The notes beneath the pieces were generated by a model. That model saw only the letters and a program-made list of their open reading frames with translations, had not been told where the DNA came from and made no database searches. A stretch of 54,873 nucleotides of DNA, filler included, from Catajapyx aquilonaris (Eukaryota): assembly GCA_000934665.2 (NCBI GenBank). It is 2 parts of 2 records of this genome, joined end to end, with 100 filler letters (N's around TTAATTAATTAA, not from the genome) between each part and the next. Parts side by side here need not be neighbours in the genome. Positions count along the whole stretch, not along the records: positions 1 to 27,406 come from JYFJ02005064.1; 1 more part is not named here. The stretch is one strand, 5' to 3'. The translations under genes were made by a program, and so were the position numbers. Shown here piece by piece: positions 1 to 12,079 of the stretch; within the stretch, counting starts at the first letter, position 1, and every line of letters starts with the position of its first letter.

Positions 1-175
1 GTTTACCCATCGTATGCTATTGTATCGTATTATAACGGAAAACGATAATGATACTGCTTCTCATAACTTGTCAGTCTTAATACAGTGTTTCCTGGTCGTG
101 TTGTAAATAAATGATAGAAACTGTGTCACGGATGAAACATCAGCACGAAGATAATAATATTACTCACTGCCATGC
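1..175 (-). other. Inverted copy of the upstream region of the B-type GR genes (implies a further GR on the minus strand just left of the window)
   Basis: Reverse complement aligns with about 22860-23030 (CTTCGTGCTGA.GTTTCATCCGTGACA...GTATTAAGACTGACAAGTTA...CATTATCGTTTTCCGTTATAAT...GATGGGTAAA), which lies directly upstream of the GR at 23175. Confidence 0.75.
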
Positions 176-414
176 TCGCCCCAGAGCAAGATGGCATGAT
201 CAATGGCAAATATAATAAAATAATAATAAAATACTGAAAAGAGGTAATATTGACTAAGTAAGAGTAATCTATAGAAATATTGTTCATAATATTCAGTAGG
301 GCAGCACGTTCAGGATAAAGGTCAGCGCAACGTCTTGTTTCCATAACCTGTTGTCCATTATTCTGATCCTCTGCTGTGTTCGTATGCAGAGAATTGAAAC
401 GTGATATAATTCTC

Positions 415-677
415 ATGTTAAGGCCCTCTTAGGGAGGAAGGGGAGGTTCCCAAGGGACGGCGCTGCGCTGTGCTGTAGTCATTTGTGACATTCATAAACA
501 CCAAACATTTCATCCTGGCCCTGGGCAGAGTAGGGAGTGCAATTCTGCCCCGGAATGTCGGGTGAAAGGCGGAAAAAAGACCGGCGAAGCAGAGGTGACT
601 GGGAAGGGATTTGAACCCCTAACCTCTCGCTTGGCTGGCCAGTACCATAGCCACTAGACCACCATGCCTCCCTCTCC
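415..677 (-). mobile_element. tRNA-derived SINE
   Basis: Minus strand starts GGAGAGGGAGGCATGGTGGTCTAGTGG (A box) ... GGGGTTCAAATCCC (B box), then a non-tRNA body; 3' end approximate. Confidence 0.7.
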
Positions 678-959
678 ACGTTTATCGACTAGCAAAGTCG
701 ATAATCGGCAGCGTAAATACACACAGGAGAGACAGAAATGTGTGTACGGAGATAGAGATGGAAACACCGTAGTCTGAAGGGAATACGTGTCACGCTATAG
801 CAACTCGTGTGAATCCCACTCTATAATATCCAAGGCAACAAATAAAACACGAATCAAAAAAATAAATCCCATGCGAACACTTCAGACTTCAGTTACTCAG
901 TGGGACAGTTCAGTGGTAGTGGAGTCAATCATTGGCTTGTGTTTTCAGAAGAGAAGGAC

Positions 960-2461
960 ATGTTTGGGTGGATGTCAAAAAAGGTGATTTCGGTGGAGGA
1001 GAAACAAGCAGAAGACAATGCAAGGAACGAAAAAATATTTTGGGAAGTGTTGAGACCAGTGGCTATCTTGTCAGTGGTTGGAGGAATTGCTCCTTTTCCG
1101 TGGCACAAGAATAAGAATGATCATAAAGGGAAGTGGCGCAGACGGTGGCCAACAATGGTTCATTTGATATTAATCGCCACTTACTTCACCATCCTCATTA
1201 TTTTCTCCAATAATAATATGACCAGTGAAGCCATAGAAAGAAGCCCCACAGCGAAAATGACCACTGCAGTTATGAATATGGTTTCTGTATTTGGTCCGTG
1301 GATTAACTACATTTTTGCGCAAACAAAAGTAACCCAAATGTGGGAACTGATTCACCGATTTTCAAAGCAGAACGTTGCTAGTCACAGGAGCATATTGAAG
1401 AAGTATGCGGTGCTCATGATTGTTTCGTGCGCTCTCTTTCCATTGTTGGAAATGTCCGACGCTATAGTTAGTTTTGCGAGTGCAGGAATATTATTTGAGC
1501 CGTATTGGTCGCTATTGATATTTATATTATATCACAGTTTCTTTTTGCTTCACGTGATTCCTGCGCAATTAATGTTTTTGGCACTGATTCTGCGGTCACG
1601 ACTCGAAGATTTCAACGAAAAAATTGTACAAACATGCAACATTTTGCGCACATGCACTAAAGATCAACAAGATGAAAACGACATAATTAAGCGGACAAGC
1701 TATTCAGCAGACCTGTTTCACGAATTGGGAGTCTTGGTTGACATGATGGATAGTGTTTCCGGCTTACTCATTCTAACTTTCTTCCTGATATGCTTTATTT
1801 GGATGACAAGCAGTATCTATTATGTTATTTTGCCAACACCCGATCCCCCCATTGTGGATGCCATACAGATGATGGGAATTTCTGTCATGGCAGCATCTGT
1901 GGCTGCTTTCTCCATTATTTTTGGATCGATTCAACGACAGGTACTAGAAAATACCTTTAAAGGCGCCCTGCATATAACTACTGTAGGCCTATAATTATGC
2001 AATGTTTTACTATTTTCAGAGCACGAGATCCCTGCCTGATCTAATAAACACTAATCGTCGTATAGTCAATCCAACTATCAAGGCAGACGTAAGTGATTTT
2101 TTGAGCATTACATAGGCTTCAGTCATGGTCGACTTTTTTCTCATTATGCATAAGTTCTATTATAATCTTACAGATAGAATCACTAATCGTGAAGATGTCT
2201 GGTCCTCCCATGGAGATAACTGCAGCCAGTTACTTCACGGTCAACCGTGGCCTCCTGACCTCCGTGAGTTGTATTTGTACCTTGACAAGGCCCATAATTT
2301 ACCAATATATTGAATTCACTCTACAGGTGGTGGGAGCTGTAACTACATACCTCATAGTACTTGCTCAGTTCAAAGGAGCTGAAAAGGCGGAGGACATTGT
2401 GACCACAACCGCTGACCTAACAAGCGGTGTTACTGTGATGACTCCAGCTGAAGCAAAATAG
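960..2461 (+). CDS. Gustatory receptor, subfamily A, intact (~424 aa); exons 960-1940, 2020-2088, 2174-2263, 2327-2461
   Basis: Multi-TM hydrophobic exon 1; three phase-0 GT-AG introns in the C-terminal region; ITAASYFTVNRGLLTS and TYLIVLAQF match the GR TYxxxxxQF signature. Confidence 0.9.
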
Positions 2462-3238
2462 AGCAGGAATCAGATTTCATTTATTAAATTCGAATGTTTT
2501 TTTCATCAGTGAAAATAATTGACCTCTTCATCTTAAAAAAATGACCTACGCCTGGCTATAGTCAAATATGCAGAATCTTTACGGGACACAAAAATTACTG
2601 GACAAAATATTGTAGGTATAACGTCTCCGGATCTCCTGTGGTACGGAACTGTCAATATTGGCTACTCGCAACAAAATAAAATGTTATCCTGACTGTTATG
2701 AGCCACACAAGAGTCTTTGTTGCATGACGGGTTGCGGTTCATTCAGGATGATTGTTGCCAACAATCACTAATAATCCGATCAGTGCAGGAGGGCCAACTA
2801 GTACTGCTTCAATGAAGGTGTAGCATCATTTCTCAGTATCGATTGGTCAATCTCCAACACGCAAGAGGTGAGCATAGTGTCCTCAAACAATACTGTCACT
2901 ATTGGCTTCATCACTAATAACTGATAAATTCACTGTTTTTTTCTAGCAACCAGTGTCAAGAACAACATCATTGCGTTGCTCAATTTTTAAAGCACAGAGG
3001 GAGTCACGAACCTTCAATCCATGGGAACTGTTTGGGTTACAACATAAGCCTAATTTCAGAGTCGCAGACCACAGGGAATATGGGTCACGCCATAGCAACA
3101 TAGTGTGCACGTCATTCGATAGACACCAAAAAAGTAACAGGAACTGAAATATCAGTCCCATGCACGAGTCCTTATTGGAACAACCGTCTTCGCTCGGAGG
3201 TCCTCATAGTATTTCAGTGGACAGATACAATATTTTTT

Positions 3239-4228
3239 ATGGGTGTAGTAGCCATGTTTGGAGGAATGTCGACAAAGGTGATTTCGGTTCAGCAGGCGGA
3301 ACGCTCAGAAGACAATGGAGAAAAGAGAGATGAATTCTGGGAAGTGTTGAGACCAGTGGCCTTATTGTCAGTGGTCGGAGGAATCGCTCCTTGCCCGTGG
3401 CCAAAGAACAAGGTCGGTCTTAGAGGAAAGTGGTGCAGACGATGGCCAACAATGGTGCATTTGATATTATTTGCCATATACACCACCAGACGCCACCGTC
3501 ATCAGTCTTCATCCCCCTAGTCACTGGACAGTGATGAGTGATGACACAGAGTAAAGCCCCACAGTGAAAATAACAGTTTTAATTATGCATGGATTCCCAC
3601 TAGTCGCTATTGCATCCTCGGTGGTCGCTTTGACTATCAACTGTTCAACGACAGGTATATGCTCTACTACAGTATTACATAATACAAGGGATTATTTCGC
3701 TATTCTATTGTCGTCCTTTCAGAGCACCCGGTCCTTGCCTGACCTCATCCAAGCCAATCGCAATCGTAGGATAGTCAATCCAACCATCGAGGCAGACGTA
3801 AGTCACCTCACCAGAATTACGTAATTCTTAACGACGCGACGGCTGTCCAATAAAGACCTCACACTGTACCGCGCTACATGCAGTAACGCAATTATTATTG
3901 GATTAAAATATCATTTCAGATCGATTCGATGATCCAGAAGATCGACTGGTTCTCCCAGGGAGATAACAGCGGCAAATTACTTCACAGTCAATCGTGGCCT
4001 GCTGACCTCTGTAAGTTGTGTTGTGTAACTTCCTGAAGATCATAATATTGAACAGTGATATTCATTTACTCCTCAGGCGGTGGGAGCTGTAACCACTTAC
4101 CTTGTACTTGCTCAATTCAAAGGGGCTGATTGGCTGAAAAGGTCGAAGATGTTGTGACGACACCAGTTGCCCTAACAAGCAGTGTTACCCCTGGTGTTAC
4201 TACGATGACGTCGTCTGAGGGAATATAG
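3239..4228 (+). pseudogene. GR subfamily A pseudogene
   Basis: N-terminus paralogous to the GR at 960 (FWEVLRPVALLSVVGGIAP...RRWPTMVHLIL); most of exon 1 deleted; exon 3 (3920-4010) is 91 nt (frameshift); last exon reads TTYLVLAQF. Confidence 0.85.
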
Positions 4229-4740
4229 AGCTGGAAATATTGTAGGCATACTTGGCAGTGTTCAAGTATGATTGCGTCGGATCAGGATCAATTTTTTTTG
4301 AAATTATGACAATGGACTATCCCTATAGTGCTACAGGCAACATTTCCGACACGTTTGAAAGCACTGACTGGTGAAAATGGTATCTCTCACCTCTGAATGG
4401 AATCCCTACTGATACCATCCTACACTGGAAGCAGCTTTCCCTGGAGGTCACCAAAAAGTGATATGATTTCTATTTTACACTAGTTGGTCGCTGCGGCGAG
4501 TTAAAAGTACAGCAGACTCTTAGGACTGGGACATGTGTACACGAAAATGCTACCAAACAACGCAGACCACACTGGACCAGGTCCAGACAGAAGTAGCCTG
4601 AGGTGAACAGCACCAAACCCTTTAATTGTAAGTAGTATTTGTGCAATGGGAATACAATGGATACAGACATCACAACGCATATAACACAAGTTCTATGAAT
4701 GGAATATATTACTTTCTATTACGAGGTTTCGATGTTATTA

Positions 4741-6537
4741 TTATTCTGGATTGCATTTTGCATATTTTTTTGCATAATATATAACTTCACCAATGAACAA
4801 GAACATACCACAACCCCAACAACAGGTGGCAAGAAAAATCATCACACCTCTTAGTTGTTCGAACTTCAAAGCCATTGAGTGCTGGTAAGATCTATCCAAC
4901 TTCCTCGCTTCCTTGATTCCTATCAGATGGCATGTATACTCCAAGTACGTGTCATAATAAGCCATAAGTCCTGAAACGATGTAATGATATGCCATTCTAT
5001 CAAGAATTGGACCCAATTTGCTGTGTTTATCCAAAATGAATCCAACTAACACCAATATACTAGCTTCTTTTGCGATGGTCAATGGCATATTTCCTGCCCT
5101 GTCCACAAATTGCGTCGTCATTGCAACCAGTATGTCCGCTGGAGCTATGCAGGCGTAATTCTCGCCTATTGATTTGCGTAAACATGAGGTGAAGTCGCGT
5201 TGATCAATCATGTCTCTTGCAATAGGTTTAAAGTATTCCAAATCATTGTCGGAGAAAACACCTGCTATGTAAGGCTTAAACGATGTAATACTTCCCCACT
5301 GCCATTGTTTACGCCTGTTATTGAGTTCCTGATACGAGGTGGGCAAATCCTCCTGCAGTGGAGATGCCAAGAATCCGAAGTACAAGGCTTCGTACCCGAT
5401 GATGATGACCAGGGAATAGATCCACCAGAAGGAGATGAAGAGTCTGGAGGGGTCACCTCGGGGGATGGTGTTGGGGTTTTCCTCGATCAGGGTGGAAAAC
5501 AGGTATCTGGCCGAGTAGAGGAACAGGGAATAGGACGGACCCTTGTCTGGAAAAGGGTTGCGGAAAGTGCTCTCTATTCTTAGAAGGGCGAAAAGGACAA
5601 AGCTGCCTGCCAAAGTGGCCAAGAATATCATAACCCACATATCTGGAGTGTAAGGCATCAAGACAGAATTCCACGAGTAACTTGGTCTTGAGGTTCTGGT
5701 GGTAAACGTCACCTGCGTATAGTAGACAGGTAATATTACCTGCACAACAGAACTTATCAAGGTTAAGGTTGTGATGCCAATCTCCGCCCTTCGACGGATA
5801 ATGTCACCAGTTTGACCGGAGTAATTACCATCAGGCAATACAATCTCAGGAATCTCACCGTCATCAAGTTGGAACGCATAAAAACCCCAATCAAAATTTA
5901 GGATATCACTAGTTAAAAGAAGGAAATTAAAAGTTCCAAACATTGGCAAGAAATTTTCCAACGAGTACTGAAACTCTTCCTTGGACAAGTCAAGCGCGGT
6001 CGTGCCGTTAATTACCTTACCGTGAAGATTGGTAGAATAATCCGAGAACAATTCCGGTAAAATGCCGCCCCGAGTATATAGAGCAACATGCACCACTTTG
6101 GGGTTACCACGATCGCAATAATGACAGTTCGCCATCACCTTGAGCGAGCTGGAGTCCTGGTCGAACTGGATCCCGACCTGAAAGAGCATGAGTTGGGCGA
6201 TGGGATGCATCAAGACTGTGTCCAGACCTCCGTCCCTGGGCCAGAAGAGGAACCTGTCCCTTCCGGTGTCCATGAGGTGAAGAGTGGCCGCGTGGACCAC
6301 CAGAGGAGACAAGGTGTCCAGTGTCCCGAAGGCGAAGAGGAAGGTGGCGCAGGGGTCCAGTCTCCTGGCCTCCGNCAGGAGACACCCGTCCCCTCTCTCC
6401 CGATGGACGTCACTCACCAAGGATGACACCAGTTCCTCTTCCTCCGACCCAACAGATGGAGAGGACCTGACCTGGACTTGACCAGATGTGACCCAGGCCA
6501 AGACGCACAGACACACTGCAACCACTTCTCTCTCCAT
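4741..6537 (-). CDS. Divergent intronless ionotropic receptor (IR, variant iGluR), 598 aa
   Basis: Signal peptide; S1 region DGNYSGQTGDIIRRRAEIG; PYTPDMW before M1; SRLFISFWWIYSLVIIIGYEALYFGFLASP at M3; LKFEQLRGVM before M4; canonical S1 Arg not evident; one N at 6376. Confidence 0.88.
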   Translation of the reverse strand: MEREVVAVCLCVLAWVTSGQVQVRSSPSVGSEEEELVSSLVSDVHRERGDGCLLXEARRLDPCATFLFAFGTLDTLSPLVVHAATLHLMDTGRDRFLFWPRDGGLDTVLMHPIAQLMLFQVGIQFDQDSSSLKVMANCHYCDRGNPKVVHVALYTRGGILPELFSDYSTNLHGKVINGTTALDLSKEEFQYSLENFLPMFGTFNFLLLTSDILNFDWGFYAFQLDDGEIPEIVLPDGNYSGQTGDIIRRRAEIGITTLTLISSVVQVILPVYYTQVTFTTRTSRPSYSWNSVLMPYTPDMWVMIFLATLAGSFVLFALLRIESTFRNPFPDKGPSYSLFLYSARYLFSTLIEENPNTIPRGDPSRLFISFWWIYSLVIIIGYEALYFGFLASPLQEDLPTSYQELNNRRKQWQWGSITSFKPYIAGVFSDNDLEYFKPIARDMIDQRDFTSCLRKSIGENYACIAPADILVAMTTQFVDRAGNMPLTIAKEASILVLVGFILDKHSKLGPILDRMAYHYIVSGLMAYYDTYLEYTCHLIGIKEARKLDRSYQHSMALKFEQLRGVMIFLATCCWGCGMFLFIGEVIYYAKKYAKCNPE

Positions 6538-7279
6538 GGCTAGACTGATCCCCTCCTATTGATTCCCATAGTTTTTATATCAATTGCCCGAAACATTTCG
6601 CTGTCAATATATTTTGCCATCCTTGCCAATCCACATCGAACTCATTCAGAAATCTTATTTGGACAAATACACACGTTGCCTGCCCTTTCCTGTGCTCCGA
6701 AACTAATTCCCACGAACAGGGTCGTATTAAGATGCAATGTTACGGATTTTCAGGTTGCAGAATATTAAATTATGTGATGCAAGATGAGAGATTGTTATTC
6801 CCGACTATGTGTGAGTTAAAATTGCTGAGATTGACAGGATAATGATGTTTTCCTATCCGGCTTTTTCTGCCAAGAAATTGCTCACTTAACCTACATATAC
6901 GTCACATAGGATAAATCTTTCATACGTGCACTACGGAACAGTGCAGTTAAAATGTCTCCAAACTACCTCGCTTGTCACGCACTCTAGTTTGCATAACCTA
7001 GAACCCAGAAACAGGGAGTGTTTTACAGCCACTTTCTGGCCTCTTTTCTCTCCCTCCAAGTAATGTTTGTGCTTATGCACAAGGACCCACAAATGCCTTG
7101 CTTGGCAATGCGTTTAAGCCTAAGGATTATTTTTATAGTTATACACTTCGAACCTATTATGCAACAAGAACTCCGATGAACATGCAACACAGGTTTATTC
7201 CCGTGAGACAAGCATCAATAAATTCTCTCTTATATTTGTTCCTTATATGAGAGGTGAGCTGCTGGTGAAAAGGGAGACA

Positions 7280-8150
7280 TATGGAAACACCGTAGTCTGA
7301 AGGGAATACGTGTCACGCTATAGCAACTCGTGTGTATCTCACTCTATAATATCCAAGGCAAACACGAATCAAGAAAATAAATCCCATGTGAACATTTCAG
7401 ACTTCAGTTACTCAATGGGACAGTTCAGTGGAAGTGGAGTCAATTATATTATTGGCTCGTGTTTTCAGAAGAGAAGGTTTATAAATAGTGCAAAAGCCAT
7501 GTTTGGGTAGATGTCAAAAAAGGTGATTTCTGTGGAGGGGAAACAAGAAGAAGGCAATGCAAGAGAGGAAGATTCGAGAGGGAAGTGGTACAGACTGTGG
7601 ACGGTGGCCACGAATGGTGCATTATTTTGATGTAATACGCAACTTACCTCACCAACCTCTTTATTTCCCCCCATAATTTGACTAATGAAGCAGTGGAAAG
7701 AAGCCACAGCGAAAAATGACCACTGCAGTTATGAATATCGTTTCTGTACTTTGTCCGTAGATTAACTACATTTTTGCACATTTTAGAGCATTACATAATT
7801 TTATAGGCTTCAGTCAAAGAAAGGCTGTTAACTTTTTTCTCATTATATTATGCATAAGGTTAGAGGTGGTTGCAGTTGTAACCACATACTACCTCATAGT
7901 ACTTGTTCAGTTCAAAGGAGCTGAAAAGGTGGAGGACATTGTGACCACAACCGTTGACCTAACAAGCGGTGTTACGGTGCTGACTCCAGATAAGGAAATA
8001 TAGAGCAGGAATCAGAATTCATTTATTAAATTAGAATGTTTTTTTTCCATCAGTGATGATATACCTCTTGATCTTAAAAATGACCTACGACTGGCTGGTC
8101 AAAGATGCAGAATCTTTACGGGACATAAAAATCACTGGACAAAACATCGT
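7280..8150 (+). pseudogene. Degenerate duplicate of the GR at 960 with its 5' and 3' flanks
   Basis: 7280-7470 matches about 759-955; ATG at 7499 followed by TTT GGG TAG (W to stop); large deletions; last exon remnant YLIVLVQFKGAEKVEDIVTTT at about 7890-8003; 3' flank matches 2461-2610. Confidence 0.85.
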
Positions 8151-8157
8151 AGCTGCA

Positions 8158-8626
8158 ATGGGTGTAGTAGCCATGTTTGGAGGAACGTCGACAAAGGTGA
8201 TTTCGGTTCAGCAGGGGAAACCCCTCTGGTTGCCAATCCAAGCATCAAGCCTCACGTAAGTGTTCCTGCTGTATTACTTATATCGTATAGTATCAATAAC
8301 AAAAAATTTCACCATTTGTATCAGATTGAAGCCCTGCTCCAGAAGATGACAGGTCCTCCCATTGTGATTACTGCCGGTGGATACTTTTCCATCAACCGCG
8401 GCCTCTTGACCTCGGTATGTTGTCATTATGTCTTCAATGTTAGTATAATGTACCCTTGTACGCACAAGAAGAGAAAAGTTACTGCTTGAATCAATGATTC
8501 ACAAATCACTAATTGACATGCCAATTTTCCTTTAACACTTTTTCTCTATTTTCTCCAAAGATGGCAGGATTTGCGACTACGTGCCTCATTGTCCTGGCTC
8601 AATTCAAGGCCTATGAAGAAGCATAA
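8158..8626 (+). pseudogene. Chimeric GR remnant: A-type N-terminus fused to B-type C-terminal exons
   Basis: 8158-8215 matches 3239-3297 (MGVVAMFGG.STKVISVQQ); followed by the end of a B-type exon 2, exon 3 at 8325-8414 and exon 4 at 8561-8626 (MAGFATTCLIVLAQFKAYEEA*). Confidence 0.8.
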
Positions 8627-9060
8627 TTGTGCTGGTGGACTTAATTGGCAGAGTCGAGGAAAGAATGTCCACAGATATGATTGGGACATGGTTTTCTTCT
8701 CTTTATTATTTTTTACTTAACCTACATGGTGTCATACAAGAAGGCTGATCTTTCCTAATAATAATTGACATTCTTCAATCACCAGGTAATGACGTAACCC
8801 TTAACCTTGTCATGTAGTCATTATGAAACTTGGAATATCCTATTATCAATGTATCTTCATTTTAACTCTTATTTACTGACTTGCTGCTTATCGGTGGCAC
8901 TTGTCTCTACAGAAAACCAAGCTCGCTCTTCTTATACCCTCCTAAATTTTGAAATCCTTTGGATTTTATAATTATGCGTGACATATAGTGTTGTGAAAAC
9001 ATCACCTCTGCTGCTAATTTTCATGTTAGCAGGGTCAAAATACAAGCCAAAAGAGCGATT

Positions 9061-9316
9061 TTCCGAAGCCGCAACACCTGCATCCAGTCGCGGGTGGCGG
9101 GTCGCCGGTCCCAACTGGCCGGTCGCGGGTCGTCGCGACTGACATCAGTGAAATGTTAATGGTTGATTTAGCTTGATTCATAAATTGCTACATACAATAG
9201 ATTTGGAAGCGTGTGAGGTCAACTTCTCCTTGCTCGCGCCACCATAGAGCGCTCTACAGTAGCAGCTACCAGGGACCTGCGACCCGCGACCGGCTGCAGG
9301 TGTTGTGGCTTCGGAA
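9061..9316. mobile_element. MITE with about 40-bp terminal inverted repeats
   Basis: TTCCGAAGCCGCAACACCTGCATCCAGTCGCGGGT at left versus ACCCGCGACCGGCTGCAGGTGTTGTGGCTTCGGAA at right; superfamily not assignable. Confidence 0.7.
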
Positions 9317-9399
9317 TATTTCATTTAGTTTGTATTTTGCCGTGAAAATTAGATGTAAAAATGAGGCTTGCCCCACACTATAGGCCAAGCAGAATTTGT

Positions 9400-9843
9400 T
9401 ATCTATTTATTTTACCCCGTGATATGCCTGCATGGGCCCTGTTGGGGGGTGGTACACCACCATCCATTTTCTTGTATTTTTCTTTCTTTACTCCGGTGCA
9501 AGGGGACAGGATAGGGATAATGATGCGGTGACACTGGTGCAGGTGCAATGTCTCAAGTTGGGGGTCGTGTGCAGTCCCCCAGTGGGTCAGGTTGCAAGAC
9601 AACCCTCCAGGGTCCGGGTCAGAAATCCCCCACCGTCACCGCACCTCCTCATGGACGGGACAAGGAAAGGAAAGGAAGGAATCGGCTGTGGCCTATTATT
9701 TAGGAAGCAACCCCGGAATTCTCGTGGGTGGATCGTGGGAAACCACAGAAAACCACGGTTAGGATTGCCGGACCCGGGACTCGAACCCAGGACCTCCCGA
9801 TTAGCAGTCGAACACCTTATCCACTCCACCAAACTGCTTCGGT
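9400..9843 (-). mobile_element. tRNA-derived SINE
   Basis: A box TGGTGGAGTGG, B box GGTTCGAGTCCC, then body GGTTTTCTGTGGTTTCCC...TAGGCCACAGCCGATTCCTTCC of a type common in arthropod SINEs; 3' end approximate. Confidence 0.75.
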
Positions 9844-10011
9844 TGTTACTGTATACTGTAAGAGTGTAAGGGACGAGTAATAAACTTTCTCCAAAACTGG
9901 ACTATTTATGTCACTACTGCTCTATTGAAAGTGTAGTCTTAGGCATAGCAGAATTGGTGGATCGGAAGTCAAAAGAAAATAAAAGAGCGCATTCGTAATC
10001 CAAAAGACATA

Positions 10012-10539
10012 CAGGGTGTAAATAAATTCGGGGGACAAACTTGTAGGGGTAATAGAGGGGACCAAGACAAACATATTTGACATAGGAACCCGTGTCCGGA
10101 AACGCCATCTAGAGGGGGTTCATAGACAAGGAACGGGTGCGCTCAGACGAGTCACGCAGGAGGCGCTAACGAGCAGACCGTTTAGTTGCTAGGTGGCGCG
10201 CGGATTGTACACAACTTTGCAATTCGCCATAAATTGGCAACAACAGAGTTGTTGTTTATTATCTGTCCGCTACCTAGCATGCTGACTTTAGTTGTTAGGT
10301 GGTTCTGTTGTTGCCAGGTTATGGCAAATTACGAAGTTGTGTACAATCCGCGTGCCACCTAGCAACTAAACGGCCCGCTCGTTAGCGCCTCCCGCGTGAC
10401 GCGTCTGAGCGCACCCGTTCCTTGTCTATGAACCCCCTCTAGATGGCGTTTCCGGACACGGGTTCCTAGGTCAAATATGTTTGTCTTGGTCCCCTAAATT
10501 ATCCCTACAAGTTTGTCCCCCGAATTCATTTACACCCTG
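10012..10539. mobile_element. Tc1/mariner-type foldback MITE, about 235-bp TIRs
   Basis: CAGGGTGTAAAT...ATTTACACCCTG ends; long near-perfect inverted arms; TA on the left flank, right TA not preserved. Confidence 0.85.
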
Positions 10540-10546
10540 CGCATCA

Positions 10547-10694
10547 CAAGGGGGTAATCACTTCGGTACTCCGGTGTACACCTGGGAGTGGTACTCCCTG
10601 GTACTCCTCAGGCACCTCACTCTTTATTACTCCGTGGTACTCCTTGAATTTGGTACTCCAGTGTACACTTTTCAGTCGAGTGATTACCCCCTTG
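10547..10694. mobile_element. 148-bp MITE with 8-bp TSD (P- or hAT-type)
   Basis: TIR CAAGGGGGTAATCACT / AGTGATTACCCCCTTG; GCGCATCA duplicated at 10539-10546 and 10695-10702; internal GGTACTCC repeats. Confidence 0.85.
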
Positions 10695-12079
10695 GCGCAT
10701 CAGGTAAAAGATCATGACATGTGTGCCGTAACTGGTGTTAATGATATTCACTAAGGCACTTAATTCGTAAATAGAGATCAACTGAAGATCTAGTGTTCAT
10801 ATTTATTTCGTTACTGTTTTGCTGCTCCAAAGTAGATGCAAGGATAAATTTTCATATTCGTCCACTGAAATCACTCTTGCCGACATTCCCCCAACTATGA
10901 ATTGGCAATAATTGCCCGACTCCTTTTATATGCAAAATATATGCAATGTCTCCAAAGTCGTTTGAATATTATGAACCACTTCTTACGAAACTATTCAAAG
11001 CTAAATATTATTGTCCATGAGAGTGTGTAGCCGATGTGCTCCAATTAGGGACTCCGATGCGTAACTGTCGTATCGATGTTTGATATCCGTTGGGATAACC
11101 TAAGACGACATCATTAATATTATGCCAGTGAATAACACAGCTTCAGTTGTCACCTTGTGACTCGTTCATTACAGAGACACAGTGAAAATTTATTGTAAAT
11201 GAAGTCTAGTTGTTTCTCTGTTGCTATGGAGCACTTCTGCATTGACTTTACATCATGATCGAGCCATGTTCTCATGTACAGTACGGTATACACATTAATA
11301 ATTAATAATTAATTTGTTTAAATGTGTGTTAACACTTCTACGCGGCTGCCGTGGGCGTGTAGTCTAGTTATGTACATTGACCTCGTCGCGTCATGTCGTA
11401 GGGCGTCTTGAAGGGCGCCTGGAGACATCTTCTCAAAGGTCACTCGGACATGTACCTTCCATCCTTCTTCCTCGACATGACCAACTTTTTACACTACTTC
11501 AGAGCCTACCCATGGCTGAAGGGTCAAGCTGACCTTTTGGATTGGAGATAATATTCCCATTGTACGTAAGTTGACGTAAGTACATTCTATAATTATTTCA
11601 ACTAAATATCACATACGCAATCGACATGGCGGAAGAGATTGGAACCTTATTCATCCCTCACACTTACACAGGAAGGGCTGCAGTCACACACCTGCAGATA
11701 ATCCATATTTAAAACATCGAATAACACGTTCCTTTCGGTGCTAGATGCAAACATGCATGCTTCAATATCTGGATCTGGTATGAAGACTTCAATGCAATGA
11801 GTAATTATTATCTTCGTCCTCCATGACAGTTTCTACCATTTATTTATAACACGATCACGAAACGCTGACTGACAAGTCACGAGATATCGTATTCACACAA
11901 TAGCACTTGATGAGTAAATAGTCCCACTCCCAAGATGTAAACTATCATTTATTTTGTACCCTGGCCGCTTGGTATTAGGGTGCGGTTCTTTTGAAGGCAA
12001 CAATCGATGAGAACTTATTCTTCTGTTGGGGACAAAATAATGTATTGGCAGTGGTGCTTCAAAAAGGAGTGAGGCAACA

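Noticed and set aside
5200..6481. Several ORFs overlapping the IR
   Set aside because: Antisense or alternative-frame shadows of a GC-rich coding region
9760..9843. tRNA gene (also at 600-677, 14135, 46490, 54471)
   Set aside because: A and B boxes are present but no complete cloverleaf or poly-T terminator; they continue into SINE bodies, three with TSDs
10560..10680. CRISPR-like short direct repeats
   Set aside because: Only 8-bp motifs with irregular spacing inside a MITE; eukaryotic context and no cas genes
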